From the human T2T-CHM13v2.0 reference genome, Homo sapiens: 64,000 nt of DNA. Below the pieces are notes generated by a model that was given only the letters and a program-made list of their open reading frames with translations, was not told where the DNA came from and did not search any database. Position 1 is the stretch's first letter. Every line of letters begins with the position of its first letter. The position numbers were made by a program, and so were the translations under genes. Positions 1 to 53,624 of the stretch are shown piece by piece. The DNA is taken from NCBI RefSeq assembly GCF_009914755.1, contig NC_060935.1; one strand, given 5' to 3'.

Positions 1-473
1 GTCTCTCTAGCTGGGAACACGGTTACAGCAGAGGCCCTATTCTGCAAAAAATAATTGGCTTTCTTGCCCCTCTCTATGCTCCTTCTTCTTTTTACCTTCA
101 TTTTCCTTGAGCATATTTTTAATATTATGGATCCAAACAATGATTATAAGAAAGAATATAATCATGAAATGTTAGCCCAAATTTGCATTTTAAGTTTAAG
201 GCTTCCTTAATTTATCAGCATCCATTAAAAGAAAAAAACAACAAAAATAGACAAAAAATGTACAGTTAATCACACTAAAAGGAATTCTCAATCTTCTCTT
301 CAATCCTAAGATACAGAAGTCATATGCCACTCATTAATATTAAGTCTACAGGTTCTCTTTTTAGAAATGGCTTCTTAGTATAAGCCAAATATGTATTATA
401 TAATCATGAATCAAGTAAAACCTAAGAGCAAGTGACTCGTCAGTGTAGGTTAAGATATTCTTAGAAGATCTAC

Positions 474-33725
<33,252 letters not shown>

Positions 33726-33756
33726 GGCAAGCCTGGGGAAAAAAGAATTCGGCACC

Positions 33757-33783
33757 CTATGAAGTCGGTGAGCGCGCAGACAT
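33757..33783 (-). other. uORF MSARSPTS* in the probable ALG9 5'UTR
   Basis: ATG TCT GCG CGC TCA CCG ACT TCA TAG, ending 31 nt before the main ATG. Confidence 0.5.
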
Positions 33784-34809
33784 AGCTTTGGCTGGCAAAC
33801 GGTGTCCGCCGAGGGACAAAAGACCTTGACATGCGCAGAAAATACTAAATTATAGCGTTACTGGGCCAATTGGGGCAGATCCCCGAGTAGCGAAGAAATA
33901 GAACCTGAGGAGTTTCTTCATCAGGGCTGTCCCATCCACCTGCTTCTAACTCTAGCCATTCCTACCTCCCTCCAACCCTCTTTTCCGTCACTTTTCAGCA
34001 TTCTCCATTCTCAAAAAAAAAAAAAAACCACCTCTCAGCTCCCCTATTTAAATGAAAAAACAAATAGAAAGTGATTAAAGAAATCTACATAGTGAGATGT
34101 GAAGTATTCAGTTAAATATCACAGCACAGCTATCTACTAAAAGGTCCTTAAAATGTCATTTTTAACACCTTGCCTTCTCTGTATTTTGGTAAGAGTGACA
34201 GAGGCAGCCTGTAGCTAAAAACTGCTTCAGAGAGACAAACCGGTAATGGCAGAGTGTAGACTGATGAAATTCTGTGCGGCAAATTGAACCAGATGTCCAT
34301 CACTGTCATCGCTACTACGGCATTGTGGTAGGCATTTTACATATTTTATCCTTTTTAAACTTAATACAACAACCTTGTTTTATTTACCAGGAAACTAAAT
34401 AAACTTGGAGCTAGTAAATGGTGGAGCTATGTTCCAGCCCAGGACTATCTTACCGGAAAGCCCATGCTCTCTCTTCCCACCAGATCTGGTGAAAGGTCTT
34501 CATTTCCTACAATCATTTTTATACTGGCACATTGATGATATCATACCTGTGACCCCCATATCTTGGGGGTCATTCATCTAATCCTGACACTCTATCCACT
34601 CCTCTAATCACAGAGCTATATCCTACCCTGTCGAGCTCCATGCCAGTAACTGGGACAAGTTTATAGAGGGAATGCTAATCTCTTGACAAGGTCTCAGAAG
34701 GTTGTGATTTCCTACTAAAAATTCCCAAGTATTGAAAATGGAGATTGATCATATTGCTCAATTCTCACATGCAGTCATTAGTTACCAAGTTCAAATATCC
34801 AGCTTAACT

Positions 34810-35126
34810 CTTTTTTTCTTTTCTTTTTCTTCTTTTTTTTTTTTTTTTTTTGAGACAAGAGTCTTCCTTGCTCACCCAGGCTAGAGTGCAGTGGCACAAT
34901 CTCAGCTTACTGCAACCTCTGCCCCCTAGGTTCAAGAGATTGTCTTGCCTCAGCCTCCCTAGTAGCAGGGACTATTGCCACCACACTGGCTAATTTTTGT
35001 ATTTTTAGTAGAGATTAGGTTTCGTCATGTTGGCCAGGCTGGTCTGGAACTCCTGGCCTCAAGTGATCCACTTACCTCAGCCTCCCAGAATGCTGGGATT
35101 ATAGGCGTGAGCCACTACACCCAGCC
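34810..35126 (-). mobile_element. Alu (S/J)
   Basis: Alu dimer between the FDXACB1 3' end and the ALG9 promoter. Confidence 0.85.
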
Positions 35127-36318
35127 TAACTGTATCTCATATACCCATCTCCTCCTTTTCATTTAAGTCTAATGCAGGTCCCTCCCTGTCTACGTAGGAC
35201 TAACACAATAGCATCTCCACAGGGATCACTCATCTCAAATTCATCCTGTGCAACATTAACCAGTTAATTTTCCAAAGCACTACTCTGGGGCACTTCCTTA
35301 ATAAAAAACCACCGGATGTTTTCCTATTGCCTACCAAATAAAGTACAAACTCCTTATTCTAGCATTTGGTATTCATGAACTCCAGCCCCAACTTACCGTT
35401 CCAATCTTATCTCCCACTACTTTCCTATGCACACTTTACATCCCAGCTAACTAGCCTAGAAAGTGCCCCCAAATGCTCCCTTATCTATATCTCTGTTTAT
35501 GGATGTCCTCTGCCCAAAATGCACACCCTACTTGCCTAACAATTCTCCCTTCACATTCCTGCCCTTGTTTTAAGATCCAGCTTTCAAACGCTACCTTATA
35601 CATGTACCAAGCACTACTGAGGATAGAAGAAAGGGATAAATCACATTACCTGCCATCAGTTAGCAAAATAGTCAATGTGGAGAGCTCAGCAATAGATGTG
35701 TCTGTAAGAGATCCCTTGATTCTTTATCCCACTCCCCAAACTTACTCGTATGGCAGTGTTTCCATCCAAGTTAATGACACTTCCAATCTTCTAGGTATTC
35801 AGGTCAAAAACCTAGTAGTCTTGCTTAATTCCTTTATTTCTCTAACCCCACACCTCTCTCACCCACACACAAATGTTTAATTCATCAGCAAGTCCTTCCA
35901 AATATTATCCAACCCAACATTTTACCACCTTGGTCCAGGTCATTATCTCATTTGCATTACTGCAATAACCTCCTAATTTGTCTCTGTACTTCCATTCTTG
36001 CCTTCCCAAGTGCTTTTCTCTAAGAATAAATAAGACAGTCATGTCTCTCACAGAATATAATCCCAAATGTGGAGCCTAACTATTAACAGGAGCATACATT
36101 ACTTCACATTAGAGTACCGCATTCTGCAGAATCCTAAGCTAATTTTCCAGTGTCCCTTAGAGATACTTACAACAGAAGGCCCCAAAATCCAGAGAGGCAA
36201 AGTTTAATCACAGTTGAACGATTACTGTTAAAGACTAGGGAAGAAGTAACAGAAAGTAGCAGAAAGAACATGGGCTTTAGAGTCAAACAGACCCAAATGT
36301 TAACCCTAAATCTGACAC

Positions 36319-36324
36319 TTTATT
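36319..36324 (-). terminator. Candidate FDXACB1 poly(A) signal AATAAA (a second candidate is at 36592-36597)
   Basis: tttatt on the plus strand about 850 and 570 nt downstream of the FDXACB1 stop. Confidence 0.55.
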
Positions 36325-36712
36325 CGTTCCATGACTTTCAACCACAGAATTAAAATGGTGATGATTATAATAATAATACCAAAATTAATGTGGAATATTT
36401 GCAATTTCCCAAGCTAATAAATGTTAGTCTGATGCCAAAAACTACTCTCATAAGGTGATTTAATGAAATGATACAACAAAGTTAAGGGAAGAGTAATTGA
36501 CAGTGTGGAAAACATATTTATATTTGATGAGACACTTAAGTTCTACTGCCTGTTCAACAATAGAGCATCTAAAGTACAAGATGCTGTTTTGTTTATTGTT
36601 TTAGTCACTTCTCGGGACCAAAATATTACACAACTCCAAATGTCACCAATCACATTATAATCTATAAGTTTCAGTAATAGAGTCAAGGTATCTTTAAGAT
36701 CAACTAACAGTA

Positions 36713-37039
<327 letters not shown>

Positions 37040-37165
37040 CTATGGTCACAAAGTAAAAGATTTTACAAAAACAAAAATCCAGAAAGGACTACTGGTTGCA
37101 AGTTGGTAATTTTCCTCCACATCCCCCGCAATGAAGGATCACACTGCAGAAAAGGATTTACCAAA

Positions 37166-41375
<4,210 letters not shown>

Positions 41376-41803
41376 GGCCTCCACGGACTCCCGGCTCGCG
41401 TTCTCTGTGGCGCTCGTTTTACGTCACTTCCTTCACGGATCTCTCTCCGCCCCGTCTTCTCCCGTCACTAGTTGATGACGCACCCATGGCGCCTGGTTGT
41501 CTAGACGAGCCGGTGTACCGACTCCCCGGTGGATGATAACTATGAGTGCAAAAGCAAGACGCGCACTTTCCTGTCACCTCGCCCTTTCACCCCCTCGGGA
41601 AGATCAAAGTGTCTTTAGCCCAAGCATGGCCTTGAGCGACTTCATCACACCTGCATGAGGTCACAAGCAGTCACTAGCGCAGGGGGGTGAGGCGAGTTCT
41701 GGGTGAAAGAAACGGGGCGGGGCTGAGGCCAAGGAAGAGGTTGGACTGTGTCTCGCATGCTCCTGACGCAGAAGGTTTTGAACCTTTTTTCACCTCGTCT
41801 GAA

Positions 41804-41848
41804 ATGGCTGCCTCCCAGTGTCTCTGCTGCTCAAAATTTCTCTTCCAG
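41804..41848 (+). CDS. CFAP68: CFAP68 exon 1 coding part (45 nt)
   Basis: gaaATGG; donor CAG|gtgctt (weak). Confidence 0.9.
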
Positions 41849-44800
41849 GTGCTTAAATCTCCTATCTTCTATTCGTTCAAGAAAGAGTATTGAGTGTCTA
41901 TTGCGTGCCAGGCCACTGTGAGGGTGGTTACGATATGTGGATGAACAAAATGTGGCCTATGATTTCAATGAGCCTGCAGTCTGGTGGGGAATGCACAGAG
42001 CAAAACAGGCAACTCTGATATGGCAGGGTGTGTGCTCTGGGAGCACACAGAAGAACGTTACCAAGTTTGGGGGCGAAGAGGGTCAGAGAGTCCTTGGATG
42101 AAGTAAACCCGAGTTGAAAGCTAACAGGGTAAAAGTGCATCTTAACTGAGTCAAGAGGCGTGAAGAGGCAGAAGGAACAATATATGCAAAAGCTTGATGG
42201 AGAAACAGAATAGTTGAGTTTGGCTGAAACACAATTGGAGGGAGAGTAACAGATGAGACTGAAGAGTTAGGCAGGGGCCAGGTCATAGGGAGCGTTGTAA
42301 GCCTTTAAAAAAAATCAACTTTTATTTTACAAATGGGGGTACAGGTACAGGTTTGTTACGTGGATATATTGCACCCAGGTAGGTTGCAGGTTTGCTACAT
42401 GGGTATATTGCACCTAATAGTTTTTCAACCCACACCACCCGCCCTCCCCACTCTAGTTAGTAGCCTGGAGTGTGTGTTGTTTCCATGTTTAGGTCCATGT
42501 TTGCTCAATGTTTAGCTCCCACTTATAAGTGAGAATGTCAGAGGTATTTATACCAGAGCAACTCCGTCTTGAATAGGGGCTAGGTAAATAAGGCTAAGAC
42601 CTGGGCTGCATTCCCAGTAAGTTAAGGCATTCTTAGTCACAGGATGAGATAGCTCAGCACAAGATACAGGTCATAAAGACCTTGCTGATAAAACGGGTTG
42701 CAGTAAAGAAGCCAGCTAAAATCCACCAAAACCGAGATGGTGATGAGAGTGATCTCTGGTCATCCTCATTGCTACACTCCCACCAGCGCCATGACAGTTT
42801 ACAAATGCCATGGCAAAGTCAGGAAGTTACCGTATATGGTCTAAAAAGTGGAGGTATGAATTAATCCACCCCTTGTTTAGTATATAATCAACAACCATAA
42901 AAATGGGCAACCAGCTGCCCTCAGGGTTGCTCTGCATATGGAGTAGCCATTCTTTATTCCTTTACTTTCTTAATAAACTTCCTTATGCTTTATAGACTCA
43001 CCTTGAATTATTTCTTGTGTCTCTTGGGGTCTGGATCAGGACCCCTTCCGGTAACAAGAACATGCTGTATTTGGTTCTCTGTTCTGTTGTAAGCCATTTT
43101 AACAGACTGAATCTTACTCTGAAAACGGTGGAAAGCCACTGAAAGATTTTAAATAAGAAGATGATACAATTATACTTTCACTTTGAAAAATTCTCCTTTC
43201 CTGTGGAGAAAGGTTTGGAGAGGAACAAGGCTGATGGCATGGCAGGATAAAACAAGAGGCAACTGCAATAATGGAGACAAAGCTGACAGTGATTTGAATT
43301 GAAATTTGGCAATGGGAATGGAGGGTGGCAGTCTGATTCAAAAATCAACAAGACTTAGTGACTGGATGAAAATTAAAGACAAGTCAGAGTCAAAGATAAG
43401 CCCCAGGCTTCTGGCTTGGACAACTGAGTGGATGGTGATGTCTGTCATTCCAGCCCTAGAGACAGTTACACCTAGATCTCCAGTATGAGTACCAGGCCCA
43501 TTGGACTTTGTGGCACCAGCTACTCTGGTCATCATGTTGTTTGGTAACATCAGTGCATGCATCTGTCTTCACAAAGGCAGATGGTATGAGGGTAGTTACC
43601 TGGGATGTCATCCTTCAATGCTGCATTATTGGCTTTGTTTCTGCCTGTGGAAAGGCAAGTGGGTGGTGACTCCCAAATCATGGCCACTTGCCCATGGTAA
43701 TCTGGGTGATTCTTTCTTTGCTTGGAGAACTGGGAAAGCCAGGTTTGTTGACATCTTTAAAGAACATGGAACAGCCAAGTAAGGATTTCTGTGACTCTCA
43801 TAAGAAATCTTCAAAGAGCTCAACCTACTCAGCATCAAGTTACTCTTCTTCAGGAAAGGTATCATCTTCCTAAGTCAGGGGGCCAGACTCACATTTTGGG
43901 GAAAAAGAAAGATTGAGCTTTTATCTTACCAAAAAAAATGAAATCAGACATTGATCATCTGGTATATGCAATCCAGATTGATTGGGAGAACAGGCAGAAG
44001 GACAGGGTACAATAATGAATAAAACAGATCCTGTCCTTAAGGGGCATACAGCTCTGTATAGGAGATATAATGCAGACTTAAAGAACTCTAATGTATGGTA
44101 AAAAGTTATAAATACAGGGAAAGATAAAGTTTTATGTGAGTTGAAAGAGAAGCTAACTTCAGGGAAGGCATCATTTGAGCTAGAAGGAAGGAAATGATCA
44201 TTTATTACTCATTTATTGTGTTATCTAGTTACTCAACTCTCACTTCTTTTTGTTCTCTTTGACTGTAGCAGTGCTTTTAGTCCCTCAATGCCTACATCTC
44301 AAAATTACCTTAAAAATTTAGCTAATTCTCCATATTGTATTGGGAATACTGAAGTTTTTCCTGTCTCTTCACGGGGCCTGGGGAGCGGGGGTGTGGATTT
44401 AATCCATGTAGTCACCCACTGTTGCTGATTGAAAGAATGGATCAAAGGGTCCCAGGACTTAGAGAAGAAGAAACAGAACCATAACATAGCCTGGATCATT
44501 AGTACGGTGTGCTTGTGTTATACCTGGCTATGTAAAACAAGGGCAGGAAAAGATGCTTTTTCTCTTCTCTGGTTTATGCAATAAGCTTTTCTATTCTTGT
44601 CTTTTCCCAGAGACAGAACCTCGCCTGTTTCCTCACAAACCCACACTGTGGCAGCCTTGTTAATGCAGATGGCCATGGTGAAGTGTGGACAGATTGGAAT
44701 AATATGTCCAAGTTTTTCCAGTATGGATGGCGATGCACCACTAATGAGAATACCTATTCAAACCGTACCCTGATGGGCAACTGGAACCAGGAAAGATATG

Positions 44801-46123
44801 ACCTGAGGAATATCGTGCAGCCCAAACCCTTGCCTTCCCAGGTAATCTAACTTTGTCTTTTTTGTTTGTTTGTTTCCTTCTGTTGGCAAAAGAAATGTAG
44901 TGGCCATTTGAAATGCAGGGATGTAATAACTTCTGGTGCAGTGATCTCTCAGTTTTCAGTGAAGTGGTTGGGGCAGAGGAACAGTCCGCAGCTGAACCAC
45001 CTATGCTACTTTACTGTCAAGTTGAATATTTTATTATCTGTAAGGTTTCAAAAGGAAGGGCAGTCCTCTTTTTCTCTTACTTCTGTTTGGACTTTATCTC
45101 TTAGTCTACAGAAATTTATAATGTCTTCTGACTTAGACTAGCTTTTCCCCTGGTCCTTGCCTATCTAGACTTGTCATTTATCTGAGTCTTGCACTTAAAT
45201 CGCTCCTAAACAAACAAACGTACAAAACATGTGAAAGTTAGAAGGATATAGACTAACACCATAGAACTCAGTCCATCTAAAATATGACAGTCCGTGAGAA
45301 TTCATGTCATATTGATCTTTATTTCCTGATGTTAGCTGTAGACTTCCAGATTCTTAATCTGTTAATTTTTCTTTCCAGTTTGGACACTACTTTGAAACAA
45401 CATATGATACAAGCTACAACAACAAAATGCCACTTTCAACACATAGTACGTGGACTGTTTTTTCAAATTCTTACATTTTCAGAACCTAACTCAGTGACCG
45501 GCACATAGAAGGAACTCAAATAAAAGTAAACTGAATAGGTGAATAAGTGAGGCTGGGCGCAGTGGCTCACACCTGTAACCCCAGCACTTTGTGAGGCTGA
45601 GGCAGGCAGATCACTTGAGGTCAGGAGTTTGAGACCAGCCTGGCCAGCGTGGTGAAACCCCATCTCTACTAAAAAAAATACAAAAATTAGCTGGGCTTGG
45701 TGGCGCATGCCTGTAGTCCCAGCTACTCAGGAGGCTGAGGCAGGAGAATCACCTGAACCCGAGAGGTGGAGGTTTCAGTGAGCAGAAATCAAGCCACTGC
45801 ACTCCTGCCTGGGTGACAGAGTGAGACTCTATCTCAAAAAAAAAAAAGAAAAAAAAGGTGAATAACTACATGAATGAGTAAACAGGATTTTTTCTTCAAT
45901 TTTAACAGGACTTACTGTCTATTCCCTAGAAATAAGAGCAAGATCAGTTACTAAAACTCCTTAGTGTTGACTGTTTTCATTTGTCTTTCCTTCCTTTTTT
46001 TTTCTTCCCTCAGGATTTAAGCGAGAGCCTCACTGGTTCCCAGGACATCAACCTGAACTGGATCCTCCCCGATACAAATGCACAGAAAAGTCAACTTACA
46101 TGAATAGCTATTCAAAGCCTTAA
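41804..46123 (+). CDS. CFAP68: CFAP68 (C11orf1), cilia- and flagella-associated protein 68, 4 exons, 150 aa
   Basis: Exons 41804-41848, 44611-44841, 45379-45445, 46014-46123 sum to 453 nt; [15 protein letters not shown]|RQNLACF...GNWNQERY...PSQ|FGHYFETTY...TH|[19 protein letters not shown]...YSKP*. Confidence 0.95.
42318..43085 (-). mobile_element. Old L1PA 3'-end fragment split by MER41
   Basis: caggtttgttac...cccacttataagtgagaa|catgctgtatttgg is L1PA 3'UTR sequence on both sides of the LTR. Confidence 0.7.
42536..43056 (+). mobile_element. MER41A-type ERV1 solo LTR in CFAP68 intron 1, inserted in an L1P 3' fragment
   Basis: TGTCAGAGG...CAGAGCAACTCC...CCCCTTCCGGTAACA; 4-bp TSD agaa (42532-35 / 43057-60); AATAAA at 42972. 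Confidence 0.85.
43694..43858 (+). CDS. CFAP68: Candidate alternative first coding exon of CFAP68 (55 aa, would give a 190-aa isoform)
   Basis: ATG at 43694 is open to the phase-0 donor AAG|gtatca at 43858, in frame with exon 2. Confidence 0.5.
44611..44841 (+). CDS. CFAP68: CFAP68 exon 2 (231 nt)
   Basis: cttttcccag|...CAG|gtaatc. Confidence 0.95.
45379..45445 (+). CDS. CFAP68: CFAP68 exon 3 (67 nt)
   Basis: ctttccag|...CAT A|gtacgt. Confidence 0.93.
45551..45856 (+). mobile_element. AluS in CFAP68 intron 3
   Basis: Alu dimer. Confidence 0.87.
46014..46123 (+). CDS. CFAP68: CFAP68 exon 4 coding part (110 nt)
   Basis: long pyrimidine tract then ctcag|GA TTT AAG...CCT TAA. Confidence 0.94.
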
Positions 46124-46290
46124 ATTGGGCATCACTCAGGATGTGTATAAGATCTTAATATTGACTAGTTTCACATCCAGGTTTCTAAGAAATGATAAGA
46201 TACTTCACTTTTCCAGAGTGAAATGTAGGAGGGAGCACATTCTAAGTACAGCTAAAAATTTAGCTCACTGTAACACAGTTTCACTCTCTG

Positions 46291-46300
46291 AATAAATAAA
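46291..46300 (+). terminator. CFAP68 poly(A) signal (overlapping AATAAATAAA)
   Basis: two overlapping AATAAA 170 nt after the stop, followed by T-rich downstream sequence. Confidence 0.75.
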
Positions 46301-46373
46301 GCAAAAAACACAGTAAATATTCTTTATCCCTTTTTTTGTTGTTGTTTTAACCAAGATTTAAATGTCAAATTTA

Positions 46374-46797
<424 letters not shown>

Positions 46798-47092
46798 TCA
46801 GAATCTAGCATAACTTAGGCTAGGTTTGGCTAGATGCTTTCTGGGTATAAGCCAGAGTCGTATAGTGCAACTTTGCTGTGACCTTAGTGAACATCCCCTC
46901 TTGAGGACTACAAAAACAAACGTAACTTTTTAAAATTATTATGGAGAATTTTACGTAAAACAAAAGTAGACAGGCTAGTCTAATGAACTCCCATGTATCA
47001 TTACCCAGCATCAACTATTTATGACTAATCTTACCTACTTCTACTTTGTCTTATTGAATTAATTTTGGAGCAGATCTTAGAAATAGAATTTA

Positions 47093-47565
<473 letters not shown>

Positions 47566-48627
47566 ATTTTTTTAAAGATTTCAGTATATTTCTCAAAAAG
47601 ATAAGGACTGTCAATTGTCTACTCCCCCCCAACAAAGGTCACTAAGGAAACCTGTTGACTAAACAAAGCTCATTAAACCTATTGTAGTGTAGCAAAGGAG
47701 ACCATCAACTTGACACAGAGTCTTGGTAATGATTCAAAGGGAGGATGTTAGAGTAAGGTATTTATAAGGATTTGAGATAAGGGTCCAACTGGTTTAAAAT
47801 GAGTCAAAATAGGGAACTAGTAGAGACTGAGAAAGGGTTGTGAATAGCTTAGGTTTGGTAAACTTAGGAAATCAACAGTCTTAATTTTAATATGGTTAAA
47901 CTGATTAGTATTTCCTATTTTTTTATCTACTGTGTAAGAAGACACTATAATATATGGGCATTACTGAGAGATACTGCCCATATGTTGTCCTCGTAAGCAA
48001 GGAGATATTTTTTATCTCCCATATATTACCTCTCAAACCTTTGTTACTTTAGTTTCGAGATATAGATCCAGAATTTATGTTGTTACTCAGTAGTGAGGAA
48101 GTTTCTTTTTTTTTTCTAAATGGCTATCAAGTTGTCCCACCATTAGTTATTGAAAAGACCATAATTTTTTCACTCCTATTCAATGCCATTTTTATTGTAA
48201 ATAAACTATGTACATGTAGGTCTGTTTCTGGGCTACTATGTTCTATTAGTTTAATTGTCATTCCTTGTATTATCTTAGTTATGATGCCTTAATTGCACCA
48301 TCTTAATTATGATAATTTTATTACATTATTATTATTTTATATCTTAATACCTAATAGATCAAATGCTTTCGTCTTGTTTTCTTCAAGAATATTAGCTATG
48401 TTTGAACTTTTGCATTTCCATATAAAATTTAGAATCAGCTTGCTCCATAAAATGACACTGTTAGGATATTGATTGAAACGGTATTGCATCATTAGGTCAG
48501 TTTTAGAATTTGAGTTCTCATTAATTCTAATAATTTATTTGTATGTTCTTACAATACAAATATTGTTTTATAGACACATATTTTAAGTTTACATATCGTA
48601 TGTCTTATTCTATTTCCTATGTATCTA

Positions 48628-49225
<598 letters not shown>

Positions 49226-49458
49226 TAGTGGCATTAAGTATTTTCACAATGTTGTGCAATGTTCACAATGTTGTGCAACCATCACCACTATCAATTTCCA
49301 GAACTTTCTCATCATCCCGAACTAAAACTCTGTACCTATAAAACAATAATGTCTCATTCCCCGACCCCCACTCCCTCAGCTCTTGGTAACCTGTATTCTA
49401 CTTTCTGTCTCTATGAATTTACCTATTCTAGGTACCTCATTTAAGTGGAATTGTGTAA

Positions 49459-49695
<237 letters not shown>

Positions 49696-49802
49696 TAAAA
49701 CAAATTTGGATACAGGGTCTCGTTTTGTTTCCCACGATGGTGTCAAATTCCTGGGTTCAAGCGATCCTCCCACCTCAGCCTCCTCTTCTTTAAGATTGAA
49801 TA

Positions 49803-50150
<348 letters not shown>

Positions 50151-50154
50151 TTAA

Positions 50155-50614
<460 letters not shown>

Positions 50615-50841
50615 CAATAATTCTAATTTAACAGTTTGAAAATGCCAAACTTTTCCATAATGGCTGTACCATTTTATATTCCTACCAGCAATACACAAGG
50701 GTTTCAGTTTCTCCATATTCTCATCAACGCTTATTTTGTTTTTGTTTATGTCTTATAATAGCCATATTAGTGGATATAAAGTGGTATTCCATGGTGGTTT
50801 TGATTCATATTTTCCCTAATGGCTAATGATTAAACACCTCT

Positions 50842-51142
50842 TTTTCCTTTTTTTTTTTTTTTTTTTTTTGAGCTGGAATCTCGCTCTATTGCCCTCTGTC
50901 GCCCAGGCTGGAGTACAGTGGCACCATCTCGGCTCGCTGCAACCTCTTGCCTCCTGGGTTCGAGCGATTCTCCTGCCTCAGCTTCCCAAGTAGCTGGGAC
51001 TACAGGCGCGTGCCACTGTGCCCTGCTAATTTTCGTATTTTTAGTACAGACAGGGTTTCACCATGTTAGCTAGGCTGGTCTTGAACTCCTGACCTCAGGT
51101 GATCCAACCGCCTAGGCCTCCCAAAGTGCTGGGATTACAGAC
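50842..51142 (-). mobile_element. AluS
   Basis: Alu dimer. Confidence 0.85.
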
Positions 51143-51368
51143 TTGACCTTGAGCATCTTTCTGTGTTCTTTTTGGCTATTTGTGTATCTTCTTTGGAGAA
51201 ATGTTTTTTCAAGTTCCTTGCCCATTTGTGAATTGGTTTGTTGATTTATTTGTTGTTGAGTTGTAGGAGTTCTTTATACATCCTTACATGTTCCAGATAC
51301 TAATTTCTAATCAGATATAAGATTTGCAAATATTTTCTCTGATTGTGTAGATTGTTGTTTCACTCTCT

Positions 51369-52072
<704 letters not shown>

Positions 52073-52210
52073 TGTTGTTTCACTCTCTAGATACTGTCCC
52101 TTGATGCACAAAAGTTTTTAATGTTGATAAGTCCAATTTATCTATTTTTTGTTGGTGGTGCCTGTGCTTCTGGTGTTATATCCAAGAAACCATTGCTAAA
52201 TACAGTGTTA

Positions 52211-52596
<386 letters not shown>

Positions 52597-53333
52597 TAGG
52601 TCTTTGATACTTTTGGAATTAATTTGTATCTATAGTATAAGGTATATATAAGGCATGGGTCCAACTTCATTCTTTTGCAAGTGAATATTCAGTTTTCCCA
52701 GCACCATTTGTTGAAAAGATTGTCCTTTCCCCATTAAATGGTCATGTCACCCTTGTTGGAAATCATTTGCCCATATGCACTAAGGTTTATTTCTGGACTC
52801 TATATTCTATTACATTGATCTACATTCTGCCTTTTTGCCAATATCACACCATTTTGATTACTGTAGTTTTGTAATAAGTTTTGAAATCAGAAAGTCTAAG
52901 TCTTCCCACTTTGTTCTTTTTCAAGATTGTTTCAGCTCTTCAGGGTCCCTTGAGATTCCATATGAATTTTAGGATAGATTTTTTTTTTCTGCAAAGTCAT
53001 TGGAATTTTGATAGGGATTGCATTGAATCTGTAATCAGTATGGCTAATATTGATATCTTAATATTAAGTCTTCCAATTCATGAGCACAGATGTCTTTCCA
53101 TTTATTTATGTCTTCTTAATTTCTTTCAGCAATACATTATAGTTTTCAGTGTATAAGTCTTACCTTCTTGGTTTATTCCTAAGTATTTTAGTCTTTTTGA
53201 TGTTATTGTAAATAGTATTGTTGTCTTAATCTTTATTTCAGGTTACTAATTGTTAATGTATAGAAATGGAATTGATTTTTGTTTGTTGGTTTTGTGTCCT
53301 GCCACTTTGCTGAATTTGTATATTAGTTCTAAT

Positions 53334-53334
<1 letters not shown>

Positions 53335-53374
<40 letters not shown>
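53335..53374. repeat. (GT)20 microsatellite
   Basis: direct reading. Confidence 0.95.
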
Positions 53375-53377
<3 letters not shown>

Positions 53378-53624
53378 CTTTAGGGTTTTCCACATGTAAG
53401 ATCATGTCATCTGCAAACAGATAATTTTACTTCTTCCTTTCCAATGTGGATACTTTTATTTCTTTTTCTTACCTAATTGCTCTGAGCAGAACATCTAATA
53501 ATATACTGAGTAGAAGTGGCAAAAGTGGGTATCCTTGTCTTGATCCTGATCTTAAAGGAAGACCTTTTATTTTTTTTCCAAGGACTGGCAATAGGCTAAA
53601 ACTTTTAGTTTTGGTGGAATTTTT

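Noticed and set aside
35473-35880. 135-aa plus-strand ORF between ALG9 and FDXACB1
   Set aside because: No recognisable domain; it lies in sequence resembling degraded L2/MIR repeats and is likely a chance ORF.
41495-41510. GTTGTCTAGACGAG as an X-box in the bidirectional promoter
   Set aside because: The second half-site is too degenerate to call from sequence alone.
49243-49278. Short tandem duplications (19 bp at 49243; ~39 bp at 42348-42414; ~35 bp at 58185-58250)
   Set aside because: They lie inside old L1/MER6 copies with no splice or regulatory context; ordinary slippage.
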